From Emiliania huxleyi CCMP1516 (lineage: Eukaryota), in assembly GCF_000372725.1 (NCBI RefSeq), contig NW_005201287.1, positions 62,001 through 126,000 on the forward strand: a stretch of 64,000 nt of DNA, in the 5' to 3' direction. This document shows positions 62,098 to 64,000 of this stretch, piece after piece. Position 1 is the stretch's first letter. Every line of letters starts with the position of its first letter. Both the position numbers and the translations under genes were made by a program. The notes below the pieces were generated by a model. It was given only the letters and a program-made list of their open reading frames with translations. It searched no databases and was not told the origin of the DNA.

Positions 62098-63328
62098 TAG
62101 CCTTTAGCGTGCAGTCGGCCGAGCCGCGCCCGCGTGAGCCGTGGTGCGCGGAGACCGGAGTGAAGCGTCTCGTAAGAAGGTAAAGCTCTGCGAGTGCGGC
62201 AGCCAGTGCGCAGTGCCACGCCAGTGTGGCCAGTGCATGTCTCTGAGACCCGCCCGGCGTGTGTGGCGCAGCACACAATCACGGGGCAAAAACCCAGACC
62301 ATCGTAATCGTTTGCGTCTTGGCTACTGTGCATTTTCGCCTGGAACCTGCGTGAGAGTGAAAAGCTAGCTACGGCTTTAGGCCGTCAGCACAGTTCAGCT
62401 CGGACCTCGAAGGAGCCTAATTCGCTCCAGTTCCTTCGCTCGCTGGGAGTTGAAGGTGGGCTGGAGGCGGTCAAAGCTGTCCGCGGCGACGTACCGCCAG
62501 CCGCCGGATCTTGGGCGGCGGCCCAGCAGCTCGTAGGACATCTCCTCTCGCCGCCTTTCCGCTTCGTCCAGCTCCGCCTGCAGCCCCTCGATGATGCGAG
62601 CGGTGCCGATGCGCGCGAGCTCGAGGCGAGTGTCACTCTCGGCTATTGTGTGCTGATGGACGAGCACCAAAGCGCGAAAGGCGGTCGGAAGGGGCATCGC
62701 GCCTGCTTCTCAGTCTGCTGAGCGCCGCCGCGTTGCCGCCGCGTTGGCGCATTGCGTCGCTGCTCAACCAGCATGCTGAGGGATATCACGACGCCGACAA
62801 GCCACTCCACATCCAGTAGCCGTGGTTGCTCCGAACTCCTAACTTGTACAGTGCCAGCTGCAGTCTGGACGAAAGGCCGCGTTCTTGCCCAGGAGGCGCC
62901 ACTGCAGAATACCACCCTCCCGCACTGCCGAGCACTCCAAAGCCAGAGATGAGTCCGGTGACGGTCGCTGGTTTGTAGTCACGGGGCGCGAGGTGCATGC
63001 CGTGCGGGATGGCGGCGCGGGGCGGATGGTCAAGCTCGTCAAGGTCAGGTCATCCAAGTTTACGCCCGTCCGCGCAAGTATTCATCACGCGGGGTGAGGA
63101 TTCTCACTTTTGCACGGGACTGGCGCGCACTGGCACTAACAAACTAACAATTGTTAGTGCCACTGGCGCGCACTGGCACTAACAATTGTTAGTGTTGCAC
63201 AATTTGTATTGTTGTAAAATTCTCTCTTTTGGGTTTGGGTTTGTTTGTGTTTGGTCGGCGGCTAGCCGGGGTTGTATACTCCCGACGCGCGACGGGGACT
63301 AGCACTTTAAGCCGTCGTCCACGTTGAT

Positions 63329-63362
63329 CGGCGCACAACCCCTGGCCAACTCACGGTCCACA
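63329..63362 (+). repeat. Terminal fragment of MITE family B
   Basis: CGGCGCACAACCCCTGGCCAACTCACGGTCCACA matches 17559-17592. Confidence 0.8.
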
Positions 63363-64000
63363 GACCACACTGCCCGTCTCTGGGGTGGCGCGGGGGCCCC
63401 CGGAGGCACCGTGCGCCGCGCAGCAGTGCGGAAACGGGGCTCCGGCTCCACTAGTCTCCACTAGCACCGACTTACCGATCTAACCTGGTCTAACAGAGGG
63501 CAGATTTGGAGAGATCTCGAGGAGTACATACAGATAGACCCTCCAATCATGAGAAACCTCCAACCTGATTGGTCGTACTGACCGCCGACAGATCACTCCA
63601 GACAGCAGACAGGCCGACGTCTGCACGCGGCCGGCCGGGCGAGAGGCTTGACACGATCCGACCCTGCGACCCTGACGCTGCTGCTCTAGCTATCAGCCAT
63701 GAACTGCTGACTGCTGCCACAATATGCGACCGGTGCTGGCCCACTTGGCGGCCTTCCCGGTCAGTGGTGAGGCGCAGTCCAGAGCTGTCGATGGCGCGAT
63801 GCCGCACTGGTCGCTCCCACATTGGTGACACGAGACCACCACCTTTGCCGGTCCAAGAGAGAGGCACCGGCGCTGTCCTGAGAAGGAGCGTGGTCCCTCT
63901 TGACTGCCCATGCGCGCGAGGCTGTGTAGGCACAGCCTTGAGAGTGCCAGCAGCCAATCCGAGGCGACGCGCATTGCGCCAGAAGCGTGCACACGATGCT

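Overview
GC-rich eukaryotic genomic DNA with spliceosomal introns (many GC-AG), intronic 10-11-bp tandem repeats and two 100-N gaps. These traits fit a haptophyte such as Emiliania (Gephyrocapsa) huxleyi; the organism is inferred, not shown. About 18 protein genes are supported. The recognisable ones are: a secreted modular Ca-binding/Cys-rich protein, glutathione synthetase, HSPBAP1-like JmjC protein, CFAP221, a ZIP transporter, a ZFYVE19-like B-box protein, LAG1 ceramide synthase, an aquaglyceroporin, two 2OG-Fe(II) oxygenases, an importin-beta-like protein, an ankyrin protein, an FN3 membrane protein and a PH-domain CAMK/SNF1-type kinase. Mobile DNA is abundant: a deleted Copia element, a nested cluster of four non-autonomous DNA transposons upstream of CFAP221, and further MITEs. 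Three items stand out. (1) A 5.4-kb TIR/TSD-bounded element with no transposase (48276-53652) carries an intronless papain-protease/non-RD-kinase/Zn-motif fusion gene, split by a 5-bp duplication. (2) A dispersed repeat with RNA-like structure has four copies and a sharp 3' end. (3) Several introns begin with a copy of the start of the next exon. All calls come from reading motifs by eye; no searches were run.
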